A stretch of 63,420 nt of DNA, counting the filler, from Folioceros fuciformis (lineage: Eukaryota): assembly GCA_049999805.1 (NCBI GenBank). It is 12 parts of 12 records of this genome, joined end to end, with 100 filler letters (N's around TTAATTAATTAA, not from the genome) between each part and the next. Parts side by side here need not be neighbours in the genome. Positions count along the whole stretch, not along the records: positions 4,137 to 11,635 come from JBNGIO010001864.1; positions 11,736 to 14,213 come from JBNGIO010001865.1; positions 14,314 to 19,860 come from JBNGIO010001866.1; positions 19,961 to 33,669 come from JBNGIO010001867.1; 8 more parts are not named here. One strand, given 5' to 3'. Positions within the stretch are counted from its first letter, which is position 1. Each line of letters begins with the position of its first letter. Positions 10,990 through 23,386 of the stretch are shown here, one piece after another. Under the pieces are notes generated by a model. That model saw only the letters and a program-made list of their open reading frames with translations, was not told the DNA's origin and ran no database searches. Position numbers and translations under genes: made by a program.

Positions 10990-11153
10990 TGTGATCCTAC
11001 CAGACACTATACAACCGGCAACACGCTGCCCGCGATCCTACCAGACACTGTACAGCCGGCAACACGCTGCCTGCGATCCTACCAGACACTGTACAGCCGG
11101 CAACACACGGCTTGCGATCCTACCAGACGTTGCACAGCCGGCAACACACTGCA
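10990..11153. repeat. Tandem repeat, 4 x 41 bp
   Basis: Unit close to TGCGATCCTACCAGACACTGTACAGCCGGCAACACGCTGCC, starting at 10990, 11031, 11072 and 11113. Confidence 0.92.
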
Positions 11154-11987
11154 GGTCCTAGACCAAGCAGGCACAGACCACAAGAGCTCAAGAAGAGAGG
11201 ACCTCCAAGAGCTCACAAAGAGATAGACTGGCTCCCAAAAGTGAATGACTCCCTCCTCCTACAGGCTCACCTGATCTTATAGGAGCCTCTCTCTCTCTCT
11301 GACTTCACCTCTCTCTAACTTGAGAAATATTATTTTAATAGCCTATCCGGCTGTCACCAGCCACTTATTTAGACTTCTAGCACAACCTGCCACCAATGAG
11401 CTCCTGGCCCTACCACCACAAGGATCTACCACCTCTTAGACTATCCTGAGACTTCAGAGGATGTCTGATCTTCAAAGGTCTGCGGACGCCGCCTCTTCCT
11501 TGCTGGATGGTCGCCCGCTAAGTCTTCCCCTGCAACTGTTCACCTTGGTGGCTGAGCCAGCCTCTAGGGGAGGAGCATGCGCAATGGGAAAGGTAGAGAA
11601 GAGGTGGGAAGGAGTGGGATCAGCAGCCGGAACCTNNNNNNNNNNNNNNNNNNNNNNNNNNNNNNNNNNNNNNNNNNNNTTAATTAATTAANNNNNNNNN
11701 NNNNNNNNNNNNNNNNNNNNNNNNNNNNNNNNNNNATATATATATATATATATATCACCATTCTTAGAACCTTGATACTCAGGGCCTTACTTACAAGAGG
11801 GTGGAATATTATATTACTTGCAAACTATTCTTTCAAATCTTCTATGATAAAATATTTTTTTTAAATAATAATAATAATAACTTGAAGTGATTGGTACACT
11901 ATTTAAATTTAAAAAAAAAATGAAACTTGTATAAATTCAACTTTTTGTCCAAGTAGGAGGGTCTTGCATTCATTGTCTTGAGTTCAT

Positions 11988-12518
11988 ATGGCTTTATTTT
12001 TCTTCTTTGTTTTATTCTTACCTTTAATCATGCAAATAGAAAGTAGAATATTAATGCAAAGTAATACCTTACATGAGACACAATTTGATTTTGGTTGGAT
12101 TTTCAATCAAGGTTCACATCATTTAGAAATGTTGGAACAAGGAAAGTCACTTCGTTATGGTGAATCTCTTGTTGTAGGGGACTACATTTTTGGGCCGAAT
12201 ATTGATTGTGTGCTCGTATTACAAACTAAATCTGACCCAGAAGATCCAATCTGGACATCATTTCCAAAGGTAACTACAACTTGGAGAGATGGTTGCAAAG
12301 TCACTCTACAAGAAGATGGAAATTTGCTTCTCTCAACCTCGACAATTAGCCAAGTTTGGGCCTCACAAAGCGGGACAGGAAACACTGAAGATTTTACCTA
12401 TCAACTTCGAATAATAGAAATCGATGCTTTCGCGTATCTTGTCATAGACTCCATTAATATTGCAACCCAACAAGTTCAACATATATGGTCTTCTAAAAAC
12501 TATAAAGAATTAAATTAA
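11988..12518 (+). CDS. Secreted bulb-type (GNA/B-) lectin domain protein
   Basis: Hydrophobic N-terminus MALFFFFVLFLPLI; LEQGKSL..GESL; CVLVL..PIWTS; CKVTLQEDGNLLL..VWASQS; intronless. Confidence 0.75.
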   Translation: MALFFFFVLFLPLIMQIESRILMQSNTLHETQFDFGWIFNQGSHHLEMLEQGKSLRYGESLVVGDYIFGPNIDCVLVLQTKSDPEDPIWTSFPKVTTTWRDGCKVTLQEDGNLLLSTSTISQVWASQSGTGNTEDFTYQLRIIEIDAFAYLVIDSINIATQQVQHIWSSKNYKELN

Positions 12519-13039
12519 TTATTCACACATTATATATTTGATTCAAAAACAAGATCACGGATTAATTATGTCATATGAGAAATGTCTTTTGATTAAAAGG
12601 TATTGTATTTGGTGTATCATTCAAAATCTTGCAAATATGTTCACATGAAATCAAAATGGTAGTTGAATTTTCATTGAACTTAAATGTGTTTTAAATTTTT
12701 GTTAAATATGTCTCATTTTACAATTGAATGTAACATAAATAAGATTTGCATATATTTGCTTTTAATTTGGTAGGATTGCATGATTTCTTAGTAAGAAGAT
12801 TCCTTTGACTTACCGTAAAAAATAGTTAGATATTTTTGTATTTTAGGCTAAAAGGCCATTAGGTAGAAACCATAATAGAATGATGTCAGAGAATAATATG
12901 AGTTAGTTTTTTATGGTGAACCGTCATTCTCTATTATTTTATTTTATTTTACCTCACTTTTCGTCAACTCCACAAGGTGGTCTCTAACTTGTTTAAAGCC
13001 AGATGAAATCTCTTATCAAATGAACGCATCCATAAACGG

Positions 13040-14213
13040 GTATCAAGTAGATATATATTCTGAAGAACATATCACAAAGTTATTATATCCATAACAAAGA
13101 CAATGAGGGCAATTCTGAAAGCCATTGGTGACGACAATGATAAATGAAAATATAAGACATTTACTTGTAGCGCGGGAACCAACAACAATAGAGTGGAGCT
13201 AGCATACTATAACACAAACCCTTTGAATCTAGTAACAAAGAGTTAGCACGTAAGGAGGGCATACCTTATACTAATATGGTAGCCATAATTGAAGCAACAA
13301 AGTACAAAGTATCTTACATGGGATGCACATATCAGAAAAGTGGATGAGTCTTAATTTGGAAAATGTTTTCTTGAAGAGATTACAAAGGAGCATTCGTAAG
13401 GATTCAAAGGGGCACTCCTACTACTTTGAATGATAGCCGTAAGAAGTGTGAAAGCATTGCGGATTTAGCGTCATTGTCTTTCCATAAAAATGTATATGCT
13501 GCTCTCAGCTTCCAAGCGTGTGAAACCCAATTCCATTAGTAAGGCATGAAACACTTCATTCCACGCACGAGAGGATTGTTCAAGGCCATAAATTGTTTTT
13601 AAAAGTTTACAGACTTTGTTAGGCTCTTTAACATATCCTTCTGGTTAAGCCATGTAAATATCCTCATCTAAGGTACCACTGAGGAAGCAGTTTTAACATC
13701 TAACTGATGTACTAGAAGCTTGTGGTGTACAACTAAGGCTAGGAGTATTCTTATGGATGTAGACTTGACAACTGGGGCAAACGTCTCGTTGTAATCTAGC
13801 CTAGCTATTTGACTATATCCTTTTGCCACAAGGCGAGCCTTATGTCTACCTACACTACCATCAATGTTGAGTTTCTTCTGAAAGACCCATTTACAAGCAA
13901 CTGGTTTACGACCAGGAGGGACATATACTAAAACCCAAGTCTTGTTGCTAATAAGAGATTGATTCTTAGACTCAATGGCCTTTTGCCAAAATGAGGCTTC
14001 ATGCTCTTCAATAGCTTCTCTATAGGTGGCAGGTTCACCTCACAATTCTACACTACTAAGAACATGGTCAAGTGGAAAATGATGTTCCTCTACAACAATG
14101 CTAGCAACATAGGGAGGTTCTTTCCACTCTGACCTAGGAGGTCGATGCCTTGTAGAATAACATAAGGCTTGAGGTGGCTCTTCATTGGCTTCAATGACTT
14201 CATCCTGTGGAAG
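13040..14213 (-). mobile_element. Degenerate Copia reverse transcriptase remnant
   Basis: Manual translation KTWVLVYVPPGRKPVACKWVFQKKLNIDGSVGRHKARLVAKGYSQ..DYNETFAPVVK..HQLDVK, with many stops and frameshifts. Confidence 0.88.
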
Positions 14214-14313
14214 NNNNNNNNNNNNNNNNNNNNNNNNNNNNNNNNNNNNNNNNNNNNTTAATTAATTAANNNNNNNNNNNNNNNNNNNNNNNNNNNNNNN
14301 NNNNNNNNNNNNN

Positions 14314-14389
14314 AGTAAAACCCGGAGTGCTCGTCCAGAATGAATCCCGGCTCGGTCAGGCTCTCCGTCACAAACTCGCCGACTTCCAT
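14314..14389 (-). CDS. Possible 5' end of a gene with an OCRE-like start, cut by the contig end
   Basis: MEVGEFVTESLTEPGFILDEHSGFY resembles the GF..D..SG.Y start of OCRE repeats; only 25 codons are visible. Confidence 0.25.
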
Positions 14390-15564
14390 CACCACCCCTA
14401 CTTTAAACAACCCATCCAGAGACTAACGGTAGGAAAAATAGAGACACGGTGCCCGTGCAACCCGTTCTCCAAAATCAGCGATGCCGACGCGTGCGGTGTG
14501 AGTGTGAAGGGGAGAAAAGCTCGTGGTCCCAGGAATAAGACGGTACAAAAAGCCGCGGGAGGCGTCGGCTGCGGCACCCATTCTGAGCATAACCAGGTCA
14601 CCCACAGCACACGTGTGCGCGATTCTTTCTCGGCATCCACTCCACCTTCTCGTGCAATCCTCGCAGTCCGATCTCCCAGCGCAATCCTTGCAGGAAGACG
14701 TGGGCGTTGGACTCTGACTCTGCTCTCTCGCTGAAGCACCTGGAACAAGCGCTTAGGGTTGACAAGTGGACTTGCAAGACGTGATGGAACTTTCTTCCAC
14801 ACCAGCTGCATGCCCCGGCAAGTGCTCCAGCCTCTTTTACGAGAACGGCCCTTGGAACGATGTCTCGTAAACGCAGGCAACCCACCATGCCCATGCTGCA
14901 ACAGCCAACACGCAGCTGCTAGGTATGTTCATAGGTGGGTGGTGTGTATGTGGGAAATTCATCCTGGCAATGTCTGTGTCCAGTCCTTTCCAAGTTTGCC
15001 GAGCTGAACTGGCAACCACGCTTGTGGCGGCCAAAGACCTGCATGGACAAACTCAACGTCTGGTCTCACAAACTCTGTCTAGCGCTCTTCGTTGGAGAAG
15101 ATCCCAATTCTACTACTGGAGCTACATGGGTGCATGCTGAGATCCGCAGTCCGACAGGTTCTCAGGAAGGAAGGGTTCGTGAATTTTGCACGTTCGCGTG
15201 TACTGGCAAGCGTGCCGCAGGCAAGGCCGTTGTCCACATATATGTACAGAAAAGACTTCCGGGAAACACGTATGCGAAAACAGTGCGTAGCAATGTGTGG
15301 AAGGAGCCGTGACGGCCGGTAATAGAACCTGGCGCACGTAACGCTTTACGCTGACGCATTATAACCTCCTTAGCACCCAGTGTAATTGAGTTGCAGCCGT
15401 GGGCCGTACTAGCCCGGTCGGTTCTCACTCACCACGCCCCGACCATGGACAGCGATGGCCTGCCTGGCCGCGCCCGGGGAATTGTAGGCTCCGGGCGTCA
15501 AGGATTTCATCGCATTGTGGCGTCAAGCGAGGGTGGTACACAGGCTGCGGAATTGGCGACGGAC

Positions 15565-16850
15565 ATGGCGGCGGATGCGCCTGCAAGAAAGGAGAAGCAG
15601 GACGAGGCAGTGCAGCTGGAGGATGAGGAGCGGGCTAGGGACGAGGTTGCTCGGGATGGCAATGCGAAGGCCGTGAGTGAGGACGAAGCAGAGGGGAACA
15701 ACGGGGACTGTGGCAAGAAACAGGATGTTAATTCCAAGCATCACGAGGCCCGCAGGTTGAGGTCGCCTTCTCCAGCTGGAAAGCGGAGACGCTCGGCTTC
15801 CCCGGGGAGGAAGAAGGAGTCGGCTGCAAGGAGGAGGTCGCCTTCTCCGGAGCGGCGGAGGGGTTCCCCGTCGCCCCCGGTTAGAAGACGGTGCCGTGAT
15901 CGAGGTAGGAGGCGCTCGCCATCTGTAGAGGATAGGAGGAGAGCGCAGCGGGACAGGTCGAGGTCTGTCTCTACGTCTCGATCGCGGTCAAGGTCCAAGT
16001 CACGGTCCAGGTCCAGGTCCAGGTCCGGCACATCCAGGTCCAAATCGCCTCCTTCAAGATCTGCTCGCGCGCTTTCGCCAAGCCGCAGAGAAAGATCGCG
16101 GTCCAGGTCACCACGTGATTATCGGCGCTCTCCACGGCGGAGAGATTATTCCTACGGGTACTCCGCAGTCCCATCTCAAGCTTGTCGATGATCCGACACT
16201 CGGATGGCTAGGGTTTTGCAATTGAGCAAGTTACACTGGTTTTGCCATGGGCGATGCAGGTCTCACATTTGGTTTCTGTTGAGTTCAGGAGGAGATATTC
16301 TCCAAGAAGGAGCTCTTCTAGGTTTCGGGGGAAGCGGCGATCCCCCACGAGGAGACGGCCCTGGTCTCCTCCAGCCAATAGAAGTAATGGTGTGGGAAGA
16401 CCAGGAAACAATCTATTCATCGCTGGCTTCAACTTCATCACAACTGAGCGGGATCTTGAGAGAAAATTTTCGCGATACGGACGGGTGATGGATGTCCGAA
16501 TTGTTCGTGACAGGCGGTACGCACTTTGGCAGGCGATCCTCGTTCCTTTCCTTCATGCAAGAACTTAGTTGTAGCTGTCGCCTGCATGTATAGGTGCACG
16601 GTGTAAAAAAGGGCGTCACATGTTTTCATCTTAACCTGGGGTCTCACTCCGATAGTATGCCTCTCATTTGGAAAGTGTAGACTGACTTCCTTGTAGCCGT
16701 GGATCCAGATCAGGGGAGTCCAGAGGATTTGGGTTCCTTACTCTAGAAAGAGATGAAGATGCGGATGCTGCGATAAAGGCTCTGGATCAAACTGAGTGGA
16801 ATGGGCGCATTGTGCTGGTTGAAAAAGCAAAGACTCCAACCCGCTTTTAA
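15565..16850 (+). CDS. SR45a: SR45a/Tra2-like serine/arginine-rich RRM splicing factor (3 exons)
   Basis: RS-rich exon 1; exon 2 PGNNLFIAGFNFITTERDLERKFSRYGRV; exon 3 SGESRGFGFLTL..WNGRIVLVEKAK, stop at 16848-16850. GT-AG introns at ~16158-16289 and ~16517-16708. Alternative in-frame ATG at 15445. Confidence 0.88.
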
Positions 16851-19472
16851 AGAGTGTCTGTGCCCTCTTTCAGTTGTGTACTTGCGCACATTTAAGGACA
16901 CCATCGTTTACTGCACTCTGCAAAAGACCTTTGGAAAGGGTTTTTTGATAACGTAGCTAATCTTTGTATTGGTGACTCCAGCAGGAGTAGACTGAGGAAC
17001 AAACTCTGGTGAACTGCAAATCTAATCAGAGCCTAGGAGTTTGCTCATATTTCTGGGTGTACAACTCATATTCCATCCCACTCAACAGTCTCGGTTGTTG
17101 GTGAATGGCGAGTACCTTACTGCCCTGGAGTTCCCCCCGCTTCATCTTGTGAGCCTTTGCATTGGTTCGTGCTCTCGTAACTGGCTTGTTGATCACATGA
17201 ATGCGCCTTTCCGTCACTTGTTGGGGTTTGTCACCTCCTGAAAGTCTGTATCTGTCAGAACTAGCTTGCCGTATTCAGTGTCCACTCCCAACGCTGTAGT
17301 GCTTCTTCTTTTTTTTTTTTTTTGCAGCTAAGTTCGTTGGTGTTTCGTTTCTTTTGAGTCAGCAGTTCTGGTTAACCAAATTGGAGTGGTGAGCGTGTGT
17401 AGAAAGTGGCTAAGTCGGCTTCGTTTTGACTCTACTCAGTGGGTCTGTTTTGCTTTGCATGCAATCCTCTTACAGGAGGCCAAATTCAGAGTTCCGTACC
17501 TTACCCATTTGCTCTCGGGACCCCTGTTCCCAGTCTTTGCTGAGGCTCTTCCACATCCTGTATCTGGAGCTCCCTGTACCATTCTGCAGCTGCACGTTTC
17601 ACGTTGAGGGTTATGAACATGACAGTGCACTGGCGCAAGTCGGTTGCATATATCGCACGTACACTGGAACAGTTGTTTGCCTTTCGAAGATCGCCTGATT
17701 GCCATGCAAGCCTGTTGTTTGTTGACTGGGAGCGAATTGCATACAAGCGGTACAGTAATGCTAAACTTCACCTGAGTGAGAAAACTCTGGTTATCAAGAT
17801 TTGTGCTTGCAGGATTCAATTGTCGGTCCCTTGTGCGTGAAGCTTATTTCTGGGATGTAAGGAGATTTTATGATGCGTTGCCCATGTACCATACTTATGT
17901 GGAACTGGTTGTCTCCAGTTTCTGCGACATTTGTGCCCATTGCTTGATCATCTGCTGGAAGAAGCAGACAGCATGGTGCCCGCCGTCTGACTTGGTGAAG
18001 CCTGAAGCTTTCACCAGTGGGATGTCCAGAAAACGTCAGTGTCTCCTATTCGAACACAAGTTGAACTTGTGTAGGCTATAGCGTCTCAGATTTCTGTACA
18101 CGTGAGATGAGGAAGAAGGAGGTATGTGGTGCGTGCTTTGATTTTCTTTGTGTACTCGCATGGAGGACTCTAGTCTACAGTTATGATTTAGTGGTTGTCG
18201 TTAACAGTCCTGACAGAAGAAGGACTTTGTGAGACACGCTCCCATCTTCTTCTTAATATGCATGGATGGTTAGCAGACGCCACAGGTTTGGTGCTTCTAG
18301 AAAAGTAGGACTGGACGAACAAACTCAACACGAACATAACGGGGACCCTTCCAAGTCTTTGTTTGGTTGAAAGTTAGCTGTCTCAGTGCTTGTGCCCTGT
18401 ACCACGGGGTTCATGGGTCGCTGAGATCTCTCTGCAGCAAGTTGAGGGTCAAGAAGGTGGATTAGTTACTGTTGTAGCGCCTCATCATGTGCTTGTGCAT
18501 TTACAGATGATATATGTATTGAAAGTGGTGGTGGAAGTTGATTGGGTGTTTTAGTGTCCCCAAGAAATTGCGCGTCGTGGGCGTCCTCATGTTTCACATG
18601 CCAGTCATATTCTTGCTGTTGGACACGCCTTGGATGGAGCAAGACCTGTGAGTTGCTGGTGCCTCCACCTCCGAGGGCTGATGGTTTGGATGCCTGGTGT
18701 TTGCGAGAGTTTGACCCGTAAGATCATCCTTGTGCAGTGGTTGTGCATTGTGTGGTGAGCTGATTGGTATCTGCAATCAGTGTAGTGGTGGTGAGTGCGA
18801 CCATGTGTCGGACACGTGAGAAGCATGCTAACCAATCCCGTGGTGGTTGTGAGAATGTCTCGGGGGGTGAGAGAAAAATGTGAAGGTTGGGACGCGGGGT
18901 GGGGGATATTGGGACAAGAACAGCTATGGCTAGATATTTAGTGTATGCCCTGAAGTAAGGACAAGCGGCCAGATTCTGTGGTGAAGGTCCAACTCCCGGT
19001 ACCATAGTGCAGCCCAGCCAATTGAAGGTTCCTTTTGTCATGGCTCACCCGTTTCGTTCCCGAAGCATTGTTCCAGATCCTCTTGGACATGGGCAATTAT
19101 GGGACTGTCCAGTACACTCTAACCCCGGCCACTGGCTTGGGTATCACACGTAAGTGGTGATGTGAGGAACTTGGTGTCGACGGCTTTCATCACCTTTCTC
19201 TTGTGAGCAGAGGAACCAGAGAAGAAGAGGCGACTGTACTCCCTGTCAGGTCGTGCGCATTCGTTTGTCTGGTAGCGCTGTCGTGGAGACAGATCAGAGC
19301 CCGCGCTGATTGGGACCCATGAGCCTTTGTGCCACAACAGCTCACACATTCTCGACGCATCAGAGCTAGCCACGGAATGGCTGTAGCCTCTGTGTTCACA
19401 CACATTCTACAAACAACTTTGACTGAGATCCGGGTCCTTAGACATGGCCGTGACCTCACTGAAGCCGTGACC

Positions 19473-19580
19473 TCACTGCAGCCGTTCCTCCTCACTGACC
19501 CGGGAGATGCTCTCGCTTTGAGGTGATGTGTCCGTGAGAGCGAGGTCCATCCAGTCCGGATTCCGTGGCAAGAAGGTCTC
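19473..19580 (-). CDS. Last exon of the GNAT acetyltransferase whose exon 1 is at 33079-33375
   Basis: After acceptor TGTGTAG: ETFLPRNPDWMDLALTDTSPQSESISRVSEEERLQ*, matching the SYVS-(D/E)TFLPRNPxW C-terminus of At1g77540-type proteins; phase 0 on both sides. Confidence 0.82.
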   Translation of the reverse strand, partial: ETFLPRNPDWMDLALTDTSPQSESISRVSEEERLQ

Positions 19581-19960
19581 CTACACACAAGACCACAAAG
19601 AGGGAACAGATGCATGGGCAGCCTATTGGCGACTCGACGGAGCTACACACACATGTACACGATATGACAAGGCCGCCGGGTGAAGGCCTAAATCTTTCTT
19701 TCCCTCCCACGCTCCAAGTACAGCAGTGGCAGTACAATCATACAAGCACAATGCTTACCACCCCAGACTCGTCGTAACAGCCCAACCTCCCCCTTGGAGC
19801 CTTGGACACAGATTGTGCATTCGAAGCACGTAAGGGCAGGCGGGAAGGGAGGGGAGGGGANNNNNNNNNNNNNNNNNNNNNNNNNNNNNNNNNNNNNNNN
19901 NNNNTTAATTAATTAANNNNNNNNNNNNNNNNNNNNNNNNNNNNNNNNNNNNNNNNNNNN

Positions 19961-21538
19961 AAGATTCCACTCAGGCTTTGGCCGATTAAGAGTGTCGACA
20001 GCCTCTCGCCCACTAATGAGCTCAAGAAGGAAAACCCCAAAGCTATACACATCACTTTTCTCACTCATTTTTTTTTGGTTGGAGTAGCATCTGCAGGCAA
20101 TGTTGAAGTTAGATTACCTGGTTCTGGGCATGCAACAGCAGCATAGGGGAGAGGTGGACACTCACTCAGGATCAAGAAACCCTGACACTTTGCCGATTAC
20201 AGTAGAGGATGTTTCTGGGCCGTTCGCAATAAGTTTGGAGAGACCATAGTCTGTGACTTTAGCAATCAAGTTTTCATCGAGCAATATATTGCTGCTCTTG
20301 AAATCTTTGTGGACTAAAGGCGGTACTCTTCCGTGCAGGTGTGCGAGACCTGAAGACACAAGTTAGAACCTGGAAGGTTTGTGCAAGAATTGGAGGTCAC
20401 ACCAGTCAGGCTGAGAGCGCTTCGGACCTTTTGCTGCTCCTAAGGCAATGGCCAGTCTTTGCTTGAAGTCCAGCTTCCCTAAGGCATTGCCTTTAGAGTC
20501 TGCATGGTCGCAGAGACAACTGTTGTTCAGCCTACGGCAGACAGCATTGGAACAAAAACTAGGGGAAAGTAACCCACGGGCCTCAAGAGCAGGTTACACA
20601 CCATACAGGTGGTTGCAAACACTCCCATTTGCCACGTAGTCATACACGAGCATCTGCTGGTCATTCTCCTGGCAATAACCCAGCAGACGGACAAGGTGCC
20701 TGTGGCTGACGTGAGACAAAGTTTTAGCCTGCAAGAGAAAAACACACACACACACACACACACATCCCACAACAAATAAGCGTCCATGGGACTCTAGGGC
20801 TCGATCGCCAAAAGCTTGAACTCCAATGCCCTTTTACGAACCAACCTCCGTAGAAAACACATGGCTGGCAGCTCCCGGCCTCCTCTTGACCACAATGGTC
20901 CCGTCTTCCAGCAAGCCCTTATACACTTGTCCAAATGCACCTTCCCCAATGAGCATGCTGTTGCTAAACTTCATGGTGGCCTGCTCCAACTCTTCGAAAG
21001 CAAATTGCCTTGCCCGATGAGCCTCTGCCACAGCTGTTAAAGCCCCTCCTAGCGAGTGCATATCTGGCCCCTTCACCCAGTCCACTGCCAGCATTACCTG
21101 CCCGTCAGCACACCAAAGCAGCACACACGAACCCAAACCAGCGCCGGGCCAAGACGCGAAGCTTCACCTTGAGCAGAGGGATCGGACGACGCGGTATCGG
21201 AATTGCTGCTCGGCCAGCTCCTGGCCCGCAACAGACAAAGCGAGACGAGAGCAATAATGACTCCCACGAGCACGACGGCACCTGCCACCCCGCCGGCGAT
21301 GGCTCCCGCATGCGACACCCCTCCTCCTCTCCCATCGCTTAAATTCAACGTTGCGGCTATGGCTGGGGCCAGGGTAGGGCCGAAGGAGAGATTAAAAGTA
21401 GCAGCATCCAACACATAAACAGATTTCGGATTCTCACCGACCCTGCGCACACAGTCTCAGACACATCGACATCACACAAGTGCACAACGTTCATCCTCCC
21501 CCGTTCCAATTGCCGTGCTCCAAACCCGGCACTCACAT
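19961..21538 (-). CDS. Membrane-anchored receptor-like kinase with almost no ectodomain; 3' end truncated, start uncertain
   Basis: [88 protein letters not shown]; at least 6 GT-AG exons. Confidence 0.9.
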
Positions 21539-23386
21539 GATCGTGGCACTCCGCTCCTGGCGCCAGCTCGGCTGCGCGGCACTTCCCGAGCCGGTGCGCC
21601 AGGCGCCTGTATAGACACGGCAGGGAAAGTGAGCACGCACACAGAATTAGAGCCGCAATTCCACGACTCCGCGAAGTCTGCGCGGAGCCATTTCGCGCTG
21701 TGCCCCGCAATCCGAGTGCCGCGACGACAACATGGGGACGCCAACATCATGTAGGGACGAGGGCGGGAATGGCAACCGCACGCACCTAGACCAGCGTGCC
21801 GCATTGTAATCCATGCGCGGGCGCGAACATCGGCATGAAGCAGTTCACCGTGTCCCGCTCTGGCTCTCGCCCGTGCAGCTGCCAAGCAGCAGCAGGGGGA
21901 GCGAGGCCGGCGCCATGTCTGGAGCTAGCTGTTCCCGTTCCGGATTCCCGAGAGAGACCGCACCGGAGGCCGGAGAGCCTAACACCAGCCGGAACCGCAG
22001 TTAGTTAAGTGTCTCCCGCGCTCCGTCGAGATATATAGGCCAAATGATCACGCCGCCCCAAGATTGGGGCCCCTGCTAACCGGAGTTAGTTACGAGGCAT
22101 CATGGGCCCCCCGGTACTGTTACGCGCGGGCCATGATGAGGCGCCCGCCGCGGGATTAGTGTGGCCGGAAACTGAATTGGGATGTGAAATTAAAATTACT
22201 GTTAGCCGGCTTCTGATTTGAACGCATTCATGAGCAGCTAAAAGTGAGGTCCTTGTGGCAGACCAGGCAGCGCGCGCATTAATTTACAAGGCTTGTGGAC
22301 AGGCTCGCGTATGTCAGGCTGCCGCACTTGTGGTACTGTACGCCCCACTCTGTTGCACCGCGCAGAGGCCAGACCCTCCGCCAGCGGCATCGGCACCGCC
22401 AGCGCAAGTGCCAGTGCCAGCGCCAATACTTGTACACACTCCTCATTGCATTCATATGTATATCCGTGGGTAGGTACAGTACACTGGTGAGAGCTCGCCT
22501 TTCTCTTTTCACGACTCATTCACGCCTTCCCTTTTCCATCGGGCGTTCCAAGCATTCCATCTGGAGGTGCAAGCTCTCAATTCTGAACGAAGCTCCTGGA
22601 GACTCGAGCAACCGGCCAGTCAACCAGCCAATGCATGGCCCCGACTTGGTTAGGGTTTGCCAGTTTGGGCGGTCGGGGTAGGGATGAATCTTGATTCAAG
22701 TTTTTCGAATGGCGGGCAATCCAGGGTCGGATATGGAGCTGGATGGAGAAAATGTGTCGAGAGGGGAGGAGCTCTGTGGCGGGACAAATACCTTGCCTGC
22801 GACACACCTTGGATGCCACTTCGCCTGACAAGTACTGCCATGTCAGGATCATGGGAGGTTACACGAACCAGCTGCACGTTTCATGTTGGGCAAGAATGTA
22901 CTGTATGTATATATACGTGTGTGTACGTACTGAACGCGAGGCTGTTGACTGTATCATCATCCAACGGCGCGATTACATGGCGATCGCCGGTCATGGCCTC
23001 CTGAGACAACAGTATCTGGTGTGCTAGCCTTTACTGAGGAGAGGAGAATGTGTAGTGTGCAGACGGGGCCAGAAGACCGGTGGGGTGCTGTGACGAAACC
23101 GTTGCAGAGTGCCACTGCCACGCTGAACAAACCAGGTTCCAACCAGATGTTGTTGGATACCATGTCAAGCCCCTGCCCATGCTGTTTAGGAAACGAGGAT
23201 AGAGATAAACCTCGGTGCACAGAGGCGAGGTAGGCCACAGCGAATCGGATATGGGCATACAACTAGCTGGCAGCAGCAGGCAGGCCAAAAGCGGGTTGGA
23301 AAAGGTCATGGGAGGCCGTTACACATTACACTCTGCTGAACCATTACAGGCTCCTCCGTGTCAAAATCAGACGTTACGTTCACTGC

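Larger units (their letters stand above)
4137..11635. mobile_element. Older, probably Gypsy-type element fragment hosting the nested Copia
   Basis: Long intronless decayed ORF on the minus strand, a tandem repeat array, and a PPT-like AGGGGAGGAGCA followed by TG at 11578. No pol domain in this contig, so the class is inferred. Confidence 0.55.

Noticed and set aside
10990-11153. 41-bp repeats as a CRISPR array
   Set aside because: Units are contiguous without unique spacers; eukaryotic context with no cas genes.
18211-18230. TGACAGAAGA as miR156
   Set aside because: Only the first 10 nt match and no complementary arm was seen.
16851-19400. Numerous 60-130 aa ORFs downstream of SR45a
   Set aside because: No motifs; overlapping on both strands as expected by chance; likely UTR or intergenic.
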